A DNA stretch of 64,000 nt from Anaeramoeba ignava BMAN (GCA_028826165.1 JAPDFW010000117.1:112487-176486), one strand, 5' to 3'. Shown: positions 12,374 through 27,385, counted from the stretch's first letter. Notes: generated from the letters alone by a model not told the origin. Made by a program: numbers and translations.

Positions 12374-15300
12374 TTAAAAAATTCCACATTTAATTTTTTC
12401 TTTTTTCTTTCGTTTTTGTTTTGTTTTTTCTTCTTTTTTAATTTCTTCTTTTTTATCAAATTCTTTTTTAATTTCTTCTTTTTTAATTTCTTCTTTTTTA
12501 ATTTCTTCTTTTTTATCAAATTCTTTTTTAATATTAATTTCTGTAAATCCTTCAAGATGTTCTTCTTTCTCTTTTAAAATTAAATCAATTATTGAATTTA
12601 GATTTAATTGATAATAATCTTTTAAATCTAAATATTCTTCATTTGGTATTTGGTTTACTTCAAATTCATCATGATAAAGAAAATAAATTAATTGTTGAAT
12701 TGTTTTAAATGATTTTTTTGAATAATCATGAACTTGATTTGATGTATCTGAAACATTTAATTGAAACATTCCTTTGAATAATTCACTTCTTGTTATTAAT
12801 ATTAATTTATGAACTTTGATTTCTTTTTCTTTAATAATTATTTTGAAATCTTTTGTTTCATTTTCTTGATATAATTTTGATAAATCTTTTATTATTCCTT
12901 TTCTTCCTTTTTCTTTAATCCAATTTGAATCAATTTCAATTTCTTCCGAAAAATTTTGATATTTGTTGTTCTTGAGATTTTTGTTCTTCATTAATTTTTT
13001 GATTTTGATTTTGATTAATAGAAAAATTATTGATTAAATTTTCATGAATTAAATCAAAATTTGGAAATCCTGTATAAATGAAATTAAGAACATTTTTCAA
13101 CTTCAATTTTGGATTTTGTTTTTGCAATTATTGATAAATTTTTGTAAAATTAATTTATTGTTATTAAATCTTGTTAATAATATTAATTGATGAACATTAA
13201 ATTTAAATAAATCATTGCTTTCAATTTGTAAATCTGAAAATTCGTTTGATTTGAATAATTTGTTCATATCTTCATTAATTGAATAAATTTTAAGAATTAA
13301 TTCAATAAATTCATTTGGAATTGTTTGTAAATTATCTAATGTTAAAATATTTGCATTGTTCATTAATAAAAATTGAAATAATTTTAAATTTTTATGTTTG
13401 ATTGATAATGTAAGAATTAATTTCCCATTTTCATCTTTTGAATTTATCATTAAATCATTTTCAATCATTAATTCAATAAAATTAAATAAATCATTTTCTT
13501 TTTTTCTTTGAAAAATATAATCTAAATATGTTTCATTATTATTATTTTGAGCATTGATATCAGCACCATTTTCAATTAATACTTTAATAGATTCGATTGA
13601 ATTATATAAATATTGGGATGCTAAATGTAATGGAGTTTCATTTCTATTTGTTCTTGAATTAACATCTAATCCTTTGGAAATTAAATATTCAATAATTTCA
13701 ACTGATGTTTGATATTTGGATGCAATATGCAAACATGTTTCATTTTGATCTGTTTTTACGTTGATATCTAATCCTTTGGAAATTAAATATTCAATAACTT
13801 CAACTGATGTTTGATATTGACATGCAATATGTAAACATGTTTCATTATATTTTGTTCTTGAATTAACATCTAATCCTTTGGAAATTAAATATTCAATAAC
13901 TTTAACTGATTTTTGATATTTGGATGCAATATGCAAACATGTTTCATTTCTATCTGTTTTGGAATTTATATCAGCTCCTTTGGAAATTAAATATTCAATA
14001 ACTTCAAACGATCTTTGGTATTGACATGCAAAATGTAAAATTGTTTCATTTCTATCTGTTTTAGAATTAATATCAGCTCCTTTGGAAATTAAATATTCAA
14101 TAACTTCAAATGATCGATTTGATTGACATGCAAGATGTAAGCATGTTTTATTTTGATCTATTTTGGAGTTAATATCTAATCCTTTGGAAATTAAATATTC
14201 AATAACTTCAATTGAATTAAATCGGCATGCAAAATGTAAACATGTTTCATTATAATTTGTTTTTGAATTAATATCTACTCCTTTGGAAACTAAATATTCA
14301 ATAACTTCAATTGATCGATTTGATTGGCATGCAAAATGTAAACATGTTTCATTATAATTTGTTTTTGATTTAATATCAGCTCCTTTGGAAACTAAATATT
14401 CAATAATTTCAATTGAATTTTGATAAGAACATGCATAATGTAATGGTGTTTTGTTTTGATTATTTTTAGAATTAATATCAATCCTTTGGAAATTAAATAT
14501 TCAATAACTTCAAATGATCGATTTGATTGGCATGCAAAATGTAAACATGTTTCATTATATTTTGTTTTTGAATTAATATCAGCTCCTTTGGAAATTAAAT
14601 ATTCAATAATTTCAACTGAATTTTGATAAGAACATGCAAAATGTAATGGTGTTTTGTTTTGATTATTTTTTGAGTTAATATCTAATCCTTTGGAAATTAA
14701 ATATTCAATAACTTTAATTGATTTTTGGAATTGACATGCAAAATGTAAGCATGTTTCATTTCTATCTGTTTTTGAATTAATATCAGCTCCTTTGGAAATT
14801 AAATATTCAATAGCTTCAATTGAATTAAATTCACATGCAAAATGTAATGGTACTTCGTTTTGGGTTGTTTTGGAATTAATATCTAATCCTTTGGAAATTA
14901 GATATTTAATAATTTCAAGTGAATTTTGGAGCTTACATGCAAAATGTAAACATGTTTTTTTTTGATTTGTTTTTGAGTTAATATCAGCTCCTTTGGAAAT
15001 TAAATATTCAATAACTTCAATTGAATTAAATTCAAATGCAGAATGTAATGGTGTTTTGTTTTGATCTGTTTTTGAATTAATATCTAATCCTTTGGAAATT
15101 AAATATTTAATAACTTCAAGTGAATTAGATCTACATGCTAAATGTAAACATGTTTCATTATATTTTGTTTTTGAATTAATATCTACTCCTTTCGAAACTA
15201 AATATTTAATAACTTCAACTGGATTTGATTTACAAACTAAATGTAAACATGTTTCATTTTGATCTGTTTTTGAATTGATATCAGCTCCTTTGGAAATTAA

Positions 15301-16866
15301 TAATCTAATAATTTTAAATGTTGAATTTGATTGGCATGCGATAATTAATGGTGTTTGATTCCAATCTGTTTTTGAATTAATATCTAATCCTTTGGAAATT
15401 AAATATTCAATAATTTCAATTGATCGATTTGACTGACAAGCATGATGTAAACATGTTTGATTCCAATCTGTTTTTGAATTAATATCAGCTCCTTTGGAAA
15501 TTAAATATTCAATAACTTCAATTGATCGATTTGATCCACATGCAAGGTGTAAACATGCTTTATTTTGTTTTGTTTTTGAATTAATATTTAATCCTTTGGA
15601 AATTAAATATTCAATAACTTCAATTGATTTATTTGATTGGCATGCAAGATGTAAACATGTTTTATTTTGATTTGTTTTTGAATTAATATTTAATCCTTTG
15701 GAAATTAAATATTCAATAACTTCAATTGAATTTGATTGACATGCATAATGTAAACATGTTTGATTCCATTCTGTTTTTGAATTAATATTAGCTCCTTTAG
15801 AAATTAAATATTCAATAACTTTGATTGAATTATATTGACATGCATAATGTAAACATGTTTCATTATATTTTGTTTTTGAATTAATATTTAATCCTTGAGA
15901 AATTAAATATTCAATAACTTCAATTGAATTATATTTACATGCATAATGTAAACATGTAATATTTTGATCTGTTTTTGTATGAATATCTAATCCTTTGGAA
16001 ATTAAATATTCAATAACTTTAATTGAATTATATTGGCATGCAAGATGTAAACATGTAATATTCCATTTAGTTTTTGATTGAATATTTAATCCTTTGGAAA
16101 TTAAATATTCAATAATTTCAATTAAATTTGTTTTTGGTTTTTTAAGGAAAAGATAATGAATTATTGAATATTCTTTTTGTGTTTTATTATTTAATTCAAT
16201 TCCTTTTGATATTAATAATTTCATGTTTTGAATTGATTGTGTTTTACTTGAATAATGAATTCCTGTTTTGTTTTTTTTTCCTTTTGAATTGATAATGTTT
16301 TTATTATTTTCATTTTCTAAAATCATTTTTAATATTTCATAATTTTCTTCATATTTACAAGCTAAATGGAATATTGTTTCATTTTCAATATTTCTTATTT
16401 TTATATCAGCTCCTTTGGAAATTAATAATTTGATTAATTCTCTTTTTTCTTCTTTTATTTTTTCTTTTTCAATTTCATTTTTAAATTCAATTTCTTTTTC
16501 ATTTTCAATTTCATTTTCATTTTGTTTAATAATTTTATTAATTTGAATTAATAAATAATGAAGAATTGTGTTATTTTCTTTATCTTTAGAATTAATATCA
16601 ATTTTTTTTGAAATTAAATATTCAATAATTTCTTTTTTATTTTCATTTAAAATTGCTAAATGAAGCGAATTTCTTTCAAATTCATCTTTAAAATTTGGTT
16701 CAATTCCTTTTTCAATTAATAATTCAATTATTTTTAATTCACTTTTCTTTTGAATTGCATAATGTAAAAGTTTTTGATCATTTTCTTTTTTCAAATTTAT
16801 TTCAATTTTCTTTAAACTTTCAATATCATTTTCTTCAATAATTTTTAAAATTTTTGGATTATTCAT
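12374..16866 (-). CDS. ankyrin-repeat + tandem BTB protein with polybasic CaaX tail (array 1, gene 1); apparent frameshifts near 14480, 13120, 13095, 12947
   Basis: About 30 ankyrin repeats, BTB1 (FSDLQIESNDLFKFNVHQLILLTR), BTB2 (TKDFKIIIKEKEIKVHKLILITRSELFKGMF), ends KRKKKEKIKCGIF. Confidence 0.8.
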
Positions 16867-16963
16867 TTTCTTTCTTTTATATTTTAAAAAAAATGAAAAA
16901 TGAAAAATTAAAAATTAAAAAAATTGAAAAAGAAAATGAATTGGAATCAAAAAGTGGAATTGA

Positions 16964-19900
16964 TTAAAAAATTCCACATTTAGTTTTTTCTTTTTTCTTT
17001 CGTTTTTGTTTTGTTTTTTCTTTTTTATCAAATTCTTTTTTAATTTCTTCTTTTTTAATATTAATCTCTTCTTTAATATTAATTTCTGTAAATCCTTCAA
17101 GATTTTCTTCTTTCTCTTTTAAAATTAAATCAATTATTGAATTTAGATTTAATTGATAATAATCTTTTAAATCTAAATATTCTTCATTTGGTATTTGATT
17201 TACTTCAAATTCATCATGATAAAGAAAATAAATTAATTGTTGAATTGTTTTAAATGATTTTTTTGAATAATCATGAACTTGATTTGATGTATCTGAAACA
17301 TTTAATTGAAACATTCCTTTGAATAATTCACTTCTTATTATTAATATTAATTTATGAACTTTGATTTCTTTTTCTTTAATAATTATTTTAAATTCTTTTG
17401 TTTCATTTTCTTGATATAATTTTGATAAATCTTTTATTATTCCTTTTCTTCCTTTTTTTTCTTTAATCCAATTTGAATCAATTTCAATTTCTTCCAAAAA
17501 TTTTGATATTTGTTGTTCTTGAGATTTTTGTTCTTCATTAATTTTTTGATTTTGATTTTGATTAATAGAAAAATTATTGATTAAAGTTTCTTGAATTAAA
17601 TCAAAATTTGGAAATCCTGTATAAATGAAATTAAGAACATTTTCAACTTCAATTTTGGATTTTGTTTTGCAATTATTGATAAATTTTTGTAAAATTAATT
17701 TATTGTTATTAAATCTTGTTAATAATATTAATTGATGAACATTAAATTTAAATAAATCATTGCTTTCAATTTGTAAATCTGAAAATTCGTTTGATTTGAA
17801 TAATTTGTTCATATCTTCATTAATTGAATAAATTTTAAGAATTAATTCAATAAATTCATTTGGAATTGTTTGTAAATTATCTAATGTTAAAATATTTGCA
17901 TTGTTCATCAATAAAAATTGAAATAATTTTAAATTTTTATGTTTGATTGATAATGTAAGAATTAATTTCCCATTTTCATCTTTTGAATTTATCATTAAAT
18001 CATTTTCAATCATTAATTCAATAAAATTAAATAAATCATTTTCTTTTTTTCTTTGAAAAATATAATCTAAATATGTTTCATTGCTATTATTTTGAGCATT
18101 AATATCAGCACCATTTTCAATTAATACTTTAATAGATTCGATTGAATTATATAAATATTGGGATGCTAAATGTAATGGAGTTTCATTTCTATTTGTTCTT
18201 GAATTAACATCTAATCCTTTGGAAATTAAATATTCAATAATTTCAACTGATGTTTGATATTGGGATGCAATATGTAAAATTGTTTCATTTCTATCTGTTT
18301 TGGAATTAATATCAGCTCCTTTGGAAATTAAATATTCAATAACTTCAACTGATGTATTTGATTGGCATGCAAAATGTAATGGTATTTTATTCCATTTTGT
18401 TTTTGCGTTAATATCCAATCCTTTGGAAATTAAATATTCAATAACTTCAACTGATCTTTGGTATTGACATGCAAAATGTAAACATGTTTCATTTTGATCT
18501 GTTTTTGAGTTAATATCAGCTCCTTTGGAAATTAAATATTCAACAACTTCAAATGAATTGAATCGACATGCAATATGTAAAAGTGTTTCATTTCTATTTG
18601 TTTTTGAATTAATATCAGCTCCTTTGGAAATTAAATATTCAATAACTTCAACTGATCGATTCGACTGACATGCAAAATGTAAACATGTTTCATTCGATTT
18701 TGTTTTTGATTTAATATCAGCTCCTTTGGAAATTAAATATTCAATAACTTCAACTGAATTTTGATAAGAACATGCATAATGTAATGGTGTTTTGTTTTGA
18801 TCATTTTTTGCGTTAATATCTAATCCTTTGGAAATTAAATATTTAATAATTTCAAGTGAATTAAATTGGCATGAATAATGTAAACATGTTTCATTATATT
18901 TTGTTTTTGAATTAATATCAGCTCCTTTGGAAATTAAATATTCAATAACTTCAATTGATTTTTGGAATTGACATGCAAAATGTAAACATGTTTCATTTTG
19001 ATCTGTTTTTGAATTAATATCAGCTCCTTTGGAAATTAAATATTCAATAGCTTCAATTGAACTAAATTCACATGCAAAATGTAATGGTACTTCGTTTTGG
19101 GTTGTTTTGGAATTAATATCTAATCCTTTGTAAATTAAATATTTAATAATTTCAAGTGATTTTTGGAATTGGCATGCAAAATGTAAACATGTTTTTTTTT
19201 GATTTGCTTTTGAATTAATATTTAATCCTTTGGAAATTAAATATTCAATAACTTCAACTGAATTAAATTCACATGCATAATGTAATGGATTTTTGTTTTG
19301 ATCTGTTTTTGAATTAATATCTAATCCTTTGGAAATTAAATATTCAATAACTTCAAGTGAATTAGATCTACATGCTAAATGTAAACATGTTTCATTATAT
19401 TTTGTTTTTGAATTAATATCTACTCCTTTAGAAATTAAATATTCAATAACTTCAAGTGAATTCGATTTACAAACTAAATGTAAACATGTTTCATTTTGAT
19501 CTGTTTTTGAATTGATATCAGCTCCTTTGGAAATTAATAATCTAATAATTTTAAATGTTGAATTTGATTGGCATGCAATGTGTAATGGTGTTTGATTCCA
19601 ATCTGTTTTTGAATTAATATCTAATCCTTTGGAAATTAAATATTCAATAATTTCAATTGATCGATTTGATCCACATGCAAAATGTAAACATGTTTTATTC
19701 CAATTTGTTTTTGAATTAATATTTAATCCTTTGGAAATTAAATATTCAATAACTTCAATTGATTTATTTCGGCATGCAAGATGTAAACATGTTTCATTCC
19801 AATTTGTTTTTGAATTAATATTTAATCCTTTGGAAATTAAATATTCAATAACTTTAATTGAATTTGATTGACAAGCATAATGTAAACATGTTTCATTTTG

Positions 19901-21101
19901 ATTTGTTTTTGAATTAATATTTAATCCTTTAGAAATTAAATATTCAATAACTTCAATTGAATTTGATTGACATGCATAATGTAGTATATTAGCATTCCAT
20001 TCTGTTTTTGAATTAATATTAGCTCCTTTAGAAATTAAATATTCAATAACTTTGATTGATTTATTTGATTGACATGCATAATGTAAACATGTTTCATTCG
20101 ATTTTGTTTTTGAATTAATATTTAATCCTTTGAGAAATTAAATATTCAATAACTTCAACTGAATTATATTTACATGCATAATGTAAACATGTAATATTTT
20201 GATCTGTTTTTGTATGAATATCTAATCCTTTGGAAATTAAATATTCAATAACTTTAATTGAATTATATTGGCATGCAAGATGTAAACATGTAATATTCCA
20301 TTTAGTTTTTGAATGAATATTTAATCCTTTGGAAATTAAATATTCAATAATTTCAATTAAATTTGTTTTTGGTTTTTTAAGGAAAAGATAATGAATTATT
20401 GAATATTCTTTTTGTGTTTTATTATTTAATTCAATTCCTTTTGATATTAATAATTTCATGTTTTGAATTGATTGTGTTTTACTTGAATAATGAATTCCTG
20501 TTTTGTTTTTTTTTCCTTTTGAATTGATAATATTTTGATTATTTTCATTTTCTAAAATCATTTTTAATATTTCATAATTTTCTTCATATTTACAAGCTAA
20601 ATGGAATATTGTTTCATTTTCAATATTTCTTATTTTTATATCAGCTCCTTTGGAAATTAATAATTTGATTAATTCTCTTTTTTCTTCTTTTATTTTTTCT
20701 TTTTCAATTTCATTTTTAAATTCAATTTCTTTTTCATTTTCAATTTCTTTTTCATTTTGTTTAATAATTTTATTAATTTGAATTAATAAATAATGAAGAA
20801 TTGTGTTATTTTCTTTATCTTTAGAATCAATATCAATTTTTTTTGAAATTAAATATTCAATAATTTCTTTTTTATTTTCATTTAAAATTGCTAAATGAAG
20901 TGAATTTCTTTCAAATTCATCTTTAAAATTTGGTTCAATTCCTTTTTCAATTAATAATTCAATTATTTTTAATTCACTTTTCTTTTGAATTGCATAATGT
21001 AAAAGTTTTTGATCATTTTCTTTTTTCAAATTTATTTCAATTTTCTTTAAACTTTCAATATCATTTTCTTCAATAATTTTTAAAATTTTTGGATTATTCA
21101 T
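16964..21101 (-). CDS. ankyrin-repeat + tandem BTB protein with CaaX tail (array 1, gene 2); 1-nt insertion near 20130
   Basis: Near-identical N-terminus and BTB-BTB to gene 1, three fewer repeats, ends KRKKKEKTKCGIF. Confidence 0.85.
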
Positions 21102-21149
21102 TTTCTTTCTTTTATATTTTAAAAAAAATGAAAAATGAAAAATTAAAAA

Positions 21150-24031
21150 TTAAAAATTAATTTTTTGAATCAAATTAAATAAAATTAAATCAATTATTGA
21201 ATTTAGATTTAATTGATAATAATCTTTTAAATCTTCGAATTCATGAATATTTTCTTTAGTTAATTTTGTTTCTTCAAATTCATCATGATAAAGAAAATAA
21301 ATTAATTGTTGAATTGTTTCAAATGATTTTCCTGAATAATCATGAACTTGATTTGATGAATCTTTAACACTTAAAAACATTCCTTTAAATAATTCACTTC
21401 TTATTATTAATATTAATTTATGAACTTTGATTCCTTTTTCTTTAACAATTATTGTAAAATCTTTTGTTTCATTTTCTTGATATAATTTTGATAAATCTTT
21501 TATTATTCCTTTTCTTCCTTTTTTTTCTTTAATCCAATTTGAATCAATTTCAATTTCTTTGAAAAATTCTTTTATTAAATGATAACCTTTTTTCCTTTCT
21601 TTTCTTTGTTTTTGTTCTTCTGTTATTTTATCGCTCTTCATATTAAAAAACAATAAAGTTGGCTTCTTTAAATTTGTTTTACTAATTTCAATTAAAGTTT
21701 CTTGAATTAAATCAAAATTTGGAAATCCTGTATAAATGAAATTAAGAACATTTTCAACTTCAATTTTGGATTTTGTTTTGCAATTATTGATAAATTTTTG
21801 TAAAATTGATTTGTCGTTATTAAATCTTGTTAATAATATTAATTGATGAACATTGAATTTAAATAAATCATTGCTTTCAATTTGTAAATCTGAAAATTCG
21901 TTTGATTTGAATAATTTGTTCATATCTTCACTAATGGAATAAATTTGGGGGAATAAATCCACAATTTCTTTTTGAATCAATGTATGTGGTAAATCAAGAA
22001 TATTTGCATCATTCATTAGTAAATATTGAGTCAATGATATTTTTTTATCGAAGATTGCTATTGAAAGAGGTGAGATATAATTTTCTTTTTTGATATTAAG
22101 ATCTGCACCTTTTGAGACCAAATATTCAACAATTTCAAATGTATCTAATTGTTTGCAAGCAGAATACAAAGGAGTTTCATTCAAAATTGTTCTTGAATTG
22201 ATATCAGCACCTTTTTCAACTAAATATTTGATAATCTCAAATGAGTTTGAATTGCAAGCATAATATAATGGTGTTTTATTTGATTGATCCTTTGCATTTA
22301 CATCTGCTCCTTTCTCAATAAGATATTTAATAAACTCAACCGATTTTTGATATGCACAAACTAGATGCAGAAGTGTTTCATTTTGGTTTGTTTTCTTTTC
22401 GAAATCTGCTCCTTTGGAAATTAAATATTTGATCATCTCAATCGAATCATCTTGTTGACAAGCCAAATGCAAAGGTGTTTCGTTTTCACTATTTTCTGCA
22501 TTAACATTAGCTCCATTTTCAACAAGAAATTTCACTACTTCAAGAGAGTTATTCAAACAAGCTAGATGCAAAGGTGTTTCATTTTCGAGTGTTTCTGAAT
22601 TAATTTCTAGTCCTTGAGAAACAATATATTGAATGATTTCAAGTGAATTTGATTCGCATGCAAAATGTAAAGTTGTTTCATTTGAAAATGTCACTGAGTA
22701 TAAATAAGATCCCTTATCAACAAGATATTTCACAACTTCAAGTGAATTAAGCTCACAGGCATAATGAATTGGATATTTGCGTTCAGAGAAATTTGATTGA
22801 TTAATACCATTTGAATTTTCAGCAATAAATTTTATGATTTCAAGTGGTTTTTGAGTTTGCAAGCAAAATGTAAAAATGTTTCGTTATCATTATTTGCTGC
22901 ATTAATACTAGCTCCGTTTTCAACAAGATACTTCATTGTTTCAAGTGAATTATTCAATAATGCGTAATATAAAGGTGCTTCATCTTCATCTGTTTCCATA
23001 TTCACATCAGCTCCGTTTTCAACAAGATATTTCATAGTTTCAAATGAATTTTCTTGTTGGAAAATCAAATGCAAAGGTGTTAAATTCTCCATATTTTGCG
23101 CATCAATATAAGCTCCATTTTCAACAAGATATTTAATCAATTCAAGTGAGTTATTCATGCAGGCAAAATGTAAAGGTGTTTCTTCTTCAACATTTTGCGC
23201 ATCAATATCAGCTCCATTTTCAACAAGATATTTAACCAATTCAAGTGAATTATTCATGCAGGCAAAATGCAAAGGTGTTTCTTTATTGATAGTTTCAAGA
23301 TTTGCTCCTGCTCCATTTTCAACAAGATATTTGACAATTTCAAATGGACGTTCTTCGTTTTTGCAAGCAAAATGTAAAGGTGTTTCAATTAATTTATTGA
23401 GCTCATTAACGTTAGCTTTTTTCTCAACAAGATACTTTATAATTTCAAAAGAATTATTCAAACAAGAAAAGTGCAAAGGAGTATCTTCAAAATCTGTTTT
23501 ATCATTAATATTGGCTCCATTTTCAACAAGTAATTTGATAAGATCAAGTGTTGATTTTTTGTTTTGACAAAGAAAATGCAAAGCTGTTTTTTGTTCATCA
23601 TTTTTTGCATTAATATCAATTCCATTTTCAATCAGTAATTTTATAATTTCAAATGATTTTTGTGGTTTATTTCGACAAATAAAATGTAAGACTGTTTCAT
23701 TTTTGTTATTTTTTGTATTAATATCAATTCCATTTTCAATCAGTAATTTTATAATTTCAAATGATTTTTGTGGTTTATTTCGACAAATAAAATGTAAAGC
23801 TGTTTCGTTTTTCTTATTTTTTGCATTAATATCAATTCCATTTTCAATCAATAATTTTATAATTTCAAATGATTTTTGTGGTTTATTTCGACAAATAAAA
23901 TGTAAGACTGTTTCATTTTTCTTATTTTTTGAATTAATATCAATTCCATTTTCAATTAAAGATTGCAATTCCTGAATTAAATTTTGATGAGAAACTGAGA
24001 TTAAGGTTGTTTGAAGATTAAAAGGTTTCAT
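21150..24031 (-). CDS. ankyrin-repeat + tandem BTB protein (array 1, gene 3); 1-nt deletion near 22850
   Basis: Two overlapping ORFs that join into one ankyrin array (ETPLHFAC..NSLELVKYLVENGA) followed by BTB-BTB; no CaaX. Confidence 0.85.
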
Positions 24032-24073
24032 TTCAAATGAAAAAATGAAATGAAAAAATGAAAAAATAAAAAT

Positions 24074-27000
24074 TTATTTATAACTTGCAAAAGGATGAAA
24101 AAATTGTTTCATAATTTGTCCAATTTGATTTTTAGCATTTTTTATATGTTCTTTAACAACTTCATCATTTTCAACATTTTCGATTTGAGTTAAAAATGAG
24201 AACAAATTTTCAAAATCAAAATGAGAAACAAAATCAAGATCCAAATTTAAACCAGAAAGAAGCAGGCAAATAAGAAGAATGCCTGCGCGTCTAACTTGAG
24301 CTTCTTTGTCTGAAATAATAATTGCTTTGACAGCATCAATAATTTCTTGATAAAAAGGAAATAAGCCATGTGATAAAATTTGGCAGAAAGTTCCAAGATT
24401 TGAAAGAGCACTTGCACGAATTAATTTTGAATGGTCTTTTATATTATTGAGGAAAGTATTGATAACAAAATGGGCGTATTTGACAAGACTTTCTCCACAA
24501 CGCTCAGAGATTTGAACTAAAGCTTGTGCAATTTTGATTCTCATGTCTTCTTTTTCACTTGGATTGTTATAAAATTCTGCCAATTCATTTAGTGTTCTTT
24601 CTGGATAAATATCACCTAAAGCAACCATTCCTTGAATTGCTGATAAATAAATATAAGAGTCTGAATCATTCATTTGCGCTCGAAAAATTGAATAAACTTT
24701 ATCAAGATTTTTTTGCAAAACTTTGTCTTGAACTAAAACCAATTTACGAAGTGATATTAATCCATGAGCGCGAATAGGCATTAAAGGGTTACGTAAATCC
24801 TGAAGAACTTTTTGAATTGGTTCGCATTTATTTTCATTTAATTCCACAATTTCAATCGAATTATTTTCATTTTCATTTTCATTTTCATTTTCATTTTCTT
24901 CTTGAATAATATTTTTTTCTTCTTCAATCTTATTCATTTCTTTCCAATCAAGATGTGTTGTTATAATTGTGTGAATAGTTGATGCCATTTCGCTAATTTC
25001 ATTAACCTTGCTTTGTGATAATATCTCAAGTTTGGGAAGAACCTTTTCAAACAAAATAAATTCCTCACTTTCAATTCTCACCATTCCTCCAACGATTATT
25101 GTTGATAATAACCCCAATATTAACTCAATTACATCTGAATCATAATATCCAAGCATCAAATCAAAAAAGTCAATAACTTGCTTTATGTTTTTGATAACTG
25201 AAGGTCCTAATTCTTCGCATAAAATCCCAAGCATTTGCAAAATTTTCAATCTTTTTTGCTGAATAAATTGTAGTTGTGATTCCTCTTTGGGGATGTTTTC
25301 TTCATTTTTCATGATCATTTCAAGCAATTCGATAAATAATTTCCCAGAAAGATCCAATGTTTTTAATTCCTTTAAAAGATCCACAATTGATTTTGCAATT
25401 TGTTCAAAATCTTCGTTGATTTTGTGAGTTTGTTGAATTAATATTTCTCCATTTTTGGATATTTCGAATTTTAAGTTTTGGAAATAATTGTTTTCATTCA
25501 GATTTGCTTCTTCGATTATCAAATTTTCCTCTTTATCAACTGTCATTTGGTTTTTAGCTTGTGATGAGAAAAGTGGAATCATCAAGTCTTGAACAATTTG
25601 ATAAGGTTCTTTCACATTTTTTAGATAAATTTTTAGCACTTCTCGAACTGCTGTCCGAATTCCTTTGTCTGTTTTTATCAATGAATAGTGCAATTGAAAC
25701 AATGGATAAAGTATGTTTCCAATTGTTTTTATGAGTAATTCATTCGTATTATAAAGTAAAGAATCACTCATTCTTGTTAATAATTTATGTAAATCTTCGA
25801 CTGATTCAATGATTTCTTCACTTTTTGGTAAAATAAATTGATTTGAGTTTTGTCCAAATTGTATTTTTTTGATTAATAGAAATGGATTTGTGATTTTGTC
25901 TAAAATGAATTTTTGCGTTATTGACGGGTGTATTTCAAGCATTTTAAGGATAATTGAGCAAGCAGCCAAAACAAGATGTTTATTAGTTTGACCTTTTTTG
26001 TGAAGAGCTTGTAAAATTTGAGGAGATAATAATTGGAAATAATCCTACAAAACAAAACAAAACAAAACAAAACAAATTATTCTTTTTTCAATTTTTTTTT
26101 TCCTTCAAATTTATATTTACTTCTGGTGATTTTGCTTGACGAGGTACTTTTACTACTAAATTTATAACTTTTTCATAAGCAATAACTTCTTTATTGATTT
26201 CATGTTGTGGATTTAATGTAAAAACTAAAGCTTTATCTAAAACTGCAATTAAACCATTTGGTTTAGTGATTAAATTTGAAATGAATTTATCAACAAAATT
26301 TTGAAACCAAAAGGGTGATTCAATATCAAGTAAAAGTGATAAAGCATCAATAATATCATTTGGATCTATTTGATTCATTATTTTATTAATCATCTCAATG
26401 CTCCATTCAAAATATTTTTCAATTTCTTGATTTTTGGAAATCATTCCTGGATTTAAAATGGTTCTTTTCTGTGTTTTTTTATTGGAATTTTCATAAAGGA
26501 ATTGAATCAATAAAGTGAAAATATCTGATAAAAAATTTGATGCTATCATTTTTTGGAAAATAGAATCACTAAATAAAAAACTAAGAAATAAATCCAAACA
26601 TGATTTAGCTTTCAATTTATTTTCCAATTTTGGAAATGATTTTTCATATTTAGATAAATTGTTAATTCTTTTTGATAATGGAATTGCTATTCCGTTTAAT
26701 AAAACTGGATAAATACAAGAAACAACAAGAAATTCAAGTGCAGTTTTGATTTTATTCATATCTTTTTTATCAATTTTTTCTTTTATGTTCAAGTTTATAA
26801 ATTTATTCAATATTTCAATTATATTTTCAATTTCGATTTTATTTTCATTTTCAATTTCGATTTTATTTTCAATTTTATTTTCAATTTTTATTTTCATTTT
26901 TATTTTCATTTTATTTTCAATTTCATTTTTATTTTCAATTTCGATTTTATTTTCAATTTTATTTTCAATTTCATTTTCATTTTTATTTTTATTTTCATTT

Positions 27001-27212
27001 TCAATTTTATTTTTATTTTTATTTTTAATTTCATTTTCAATTCCTTTTTTAATTTCATTTTCATTTTCAATTTCGTTTTTATTTTCATTTTCATTTTTAT
27101 TTTCATTTTCATTTTCAATTTCATTTTCATTTTCATTTTTATTTTCATTTTCATTAAATTTTAAAAGGATTTTTTGAAGAGATTTAAATAATTTAATTTT
27201 TATTAAATCCAT
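24074..27212 (-). CDS. TANGO6: TANGO6/RTP1 ARM-repeat protein; exons 27212-26121, 26044-24074
   Basis: PE|DYFQLLSPQI; RTP1_C1-like DLRNPLMPIRAHGLISLRKL, DSDSYIYLSAIQG, IRASALSNLG, VRRAG. Confidence 0.85.
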
Positions 27213-27385
27213 TTTAGAATGAAAGAAAAAAATGAAAAAAATGAAAAAATGAAAAAAATGAAAAAATGAAAAAAATGAAAAAAATGAAAAAAAAAACAAA
27301 AACAAAAACAAAAACAAAAACAAAAACAAAAAAAATTGATCAAAAAATTTATTTCATTCATTTTTTTTAATCCATTTTTTTTTTG

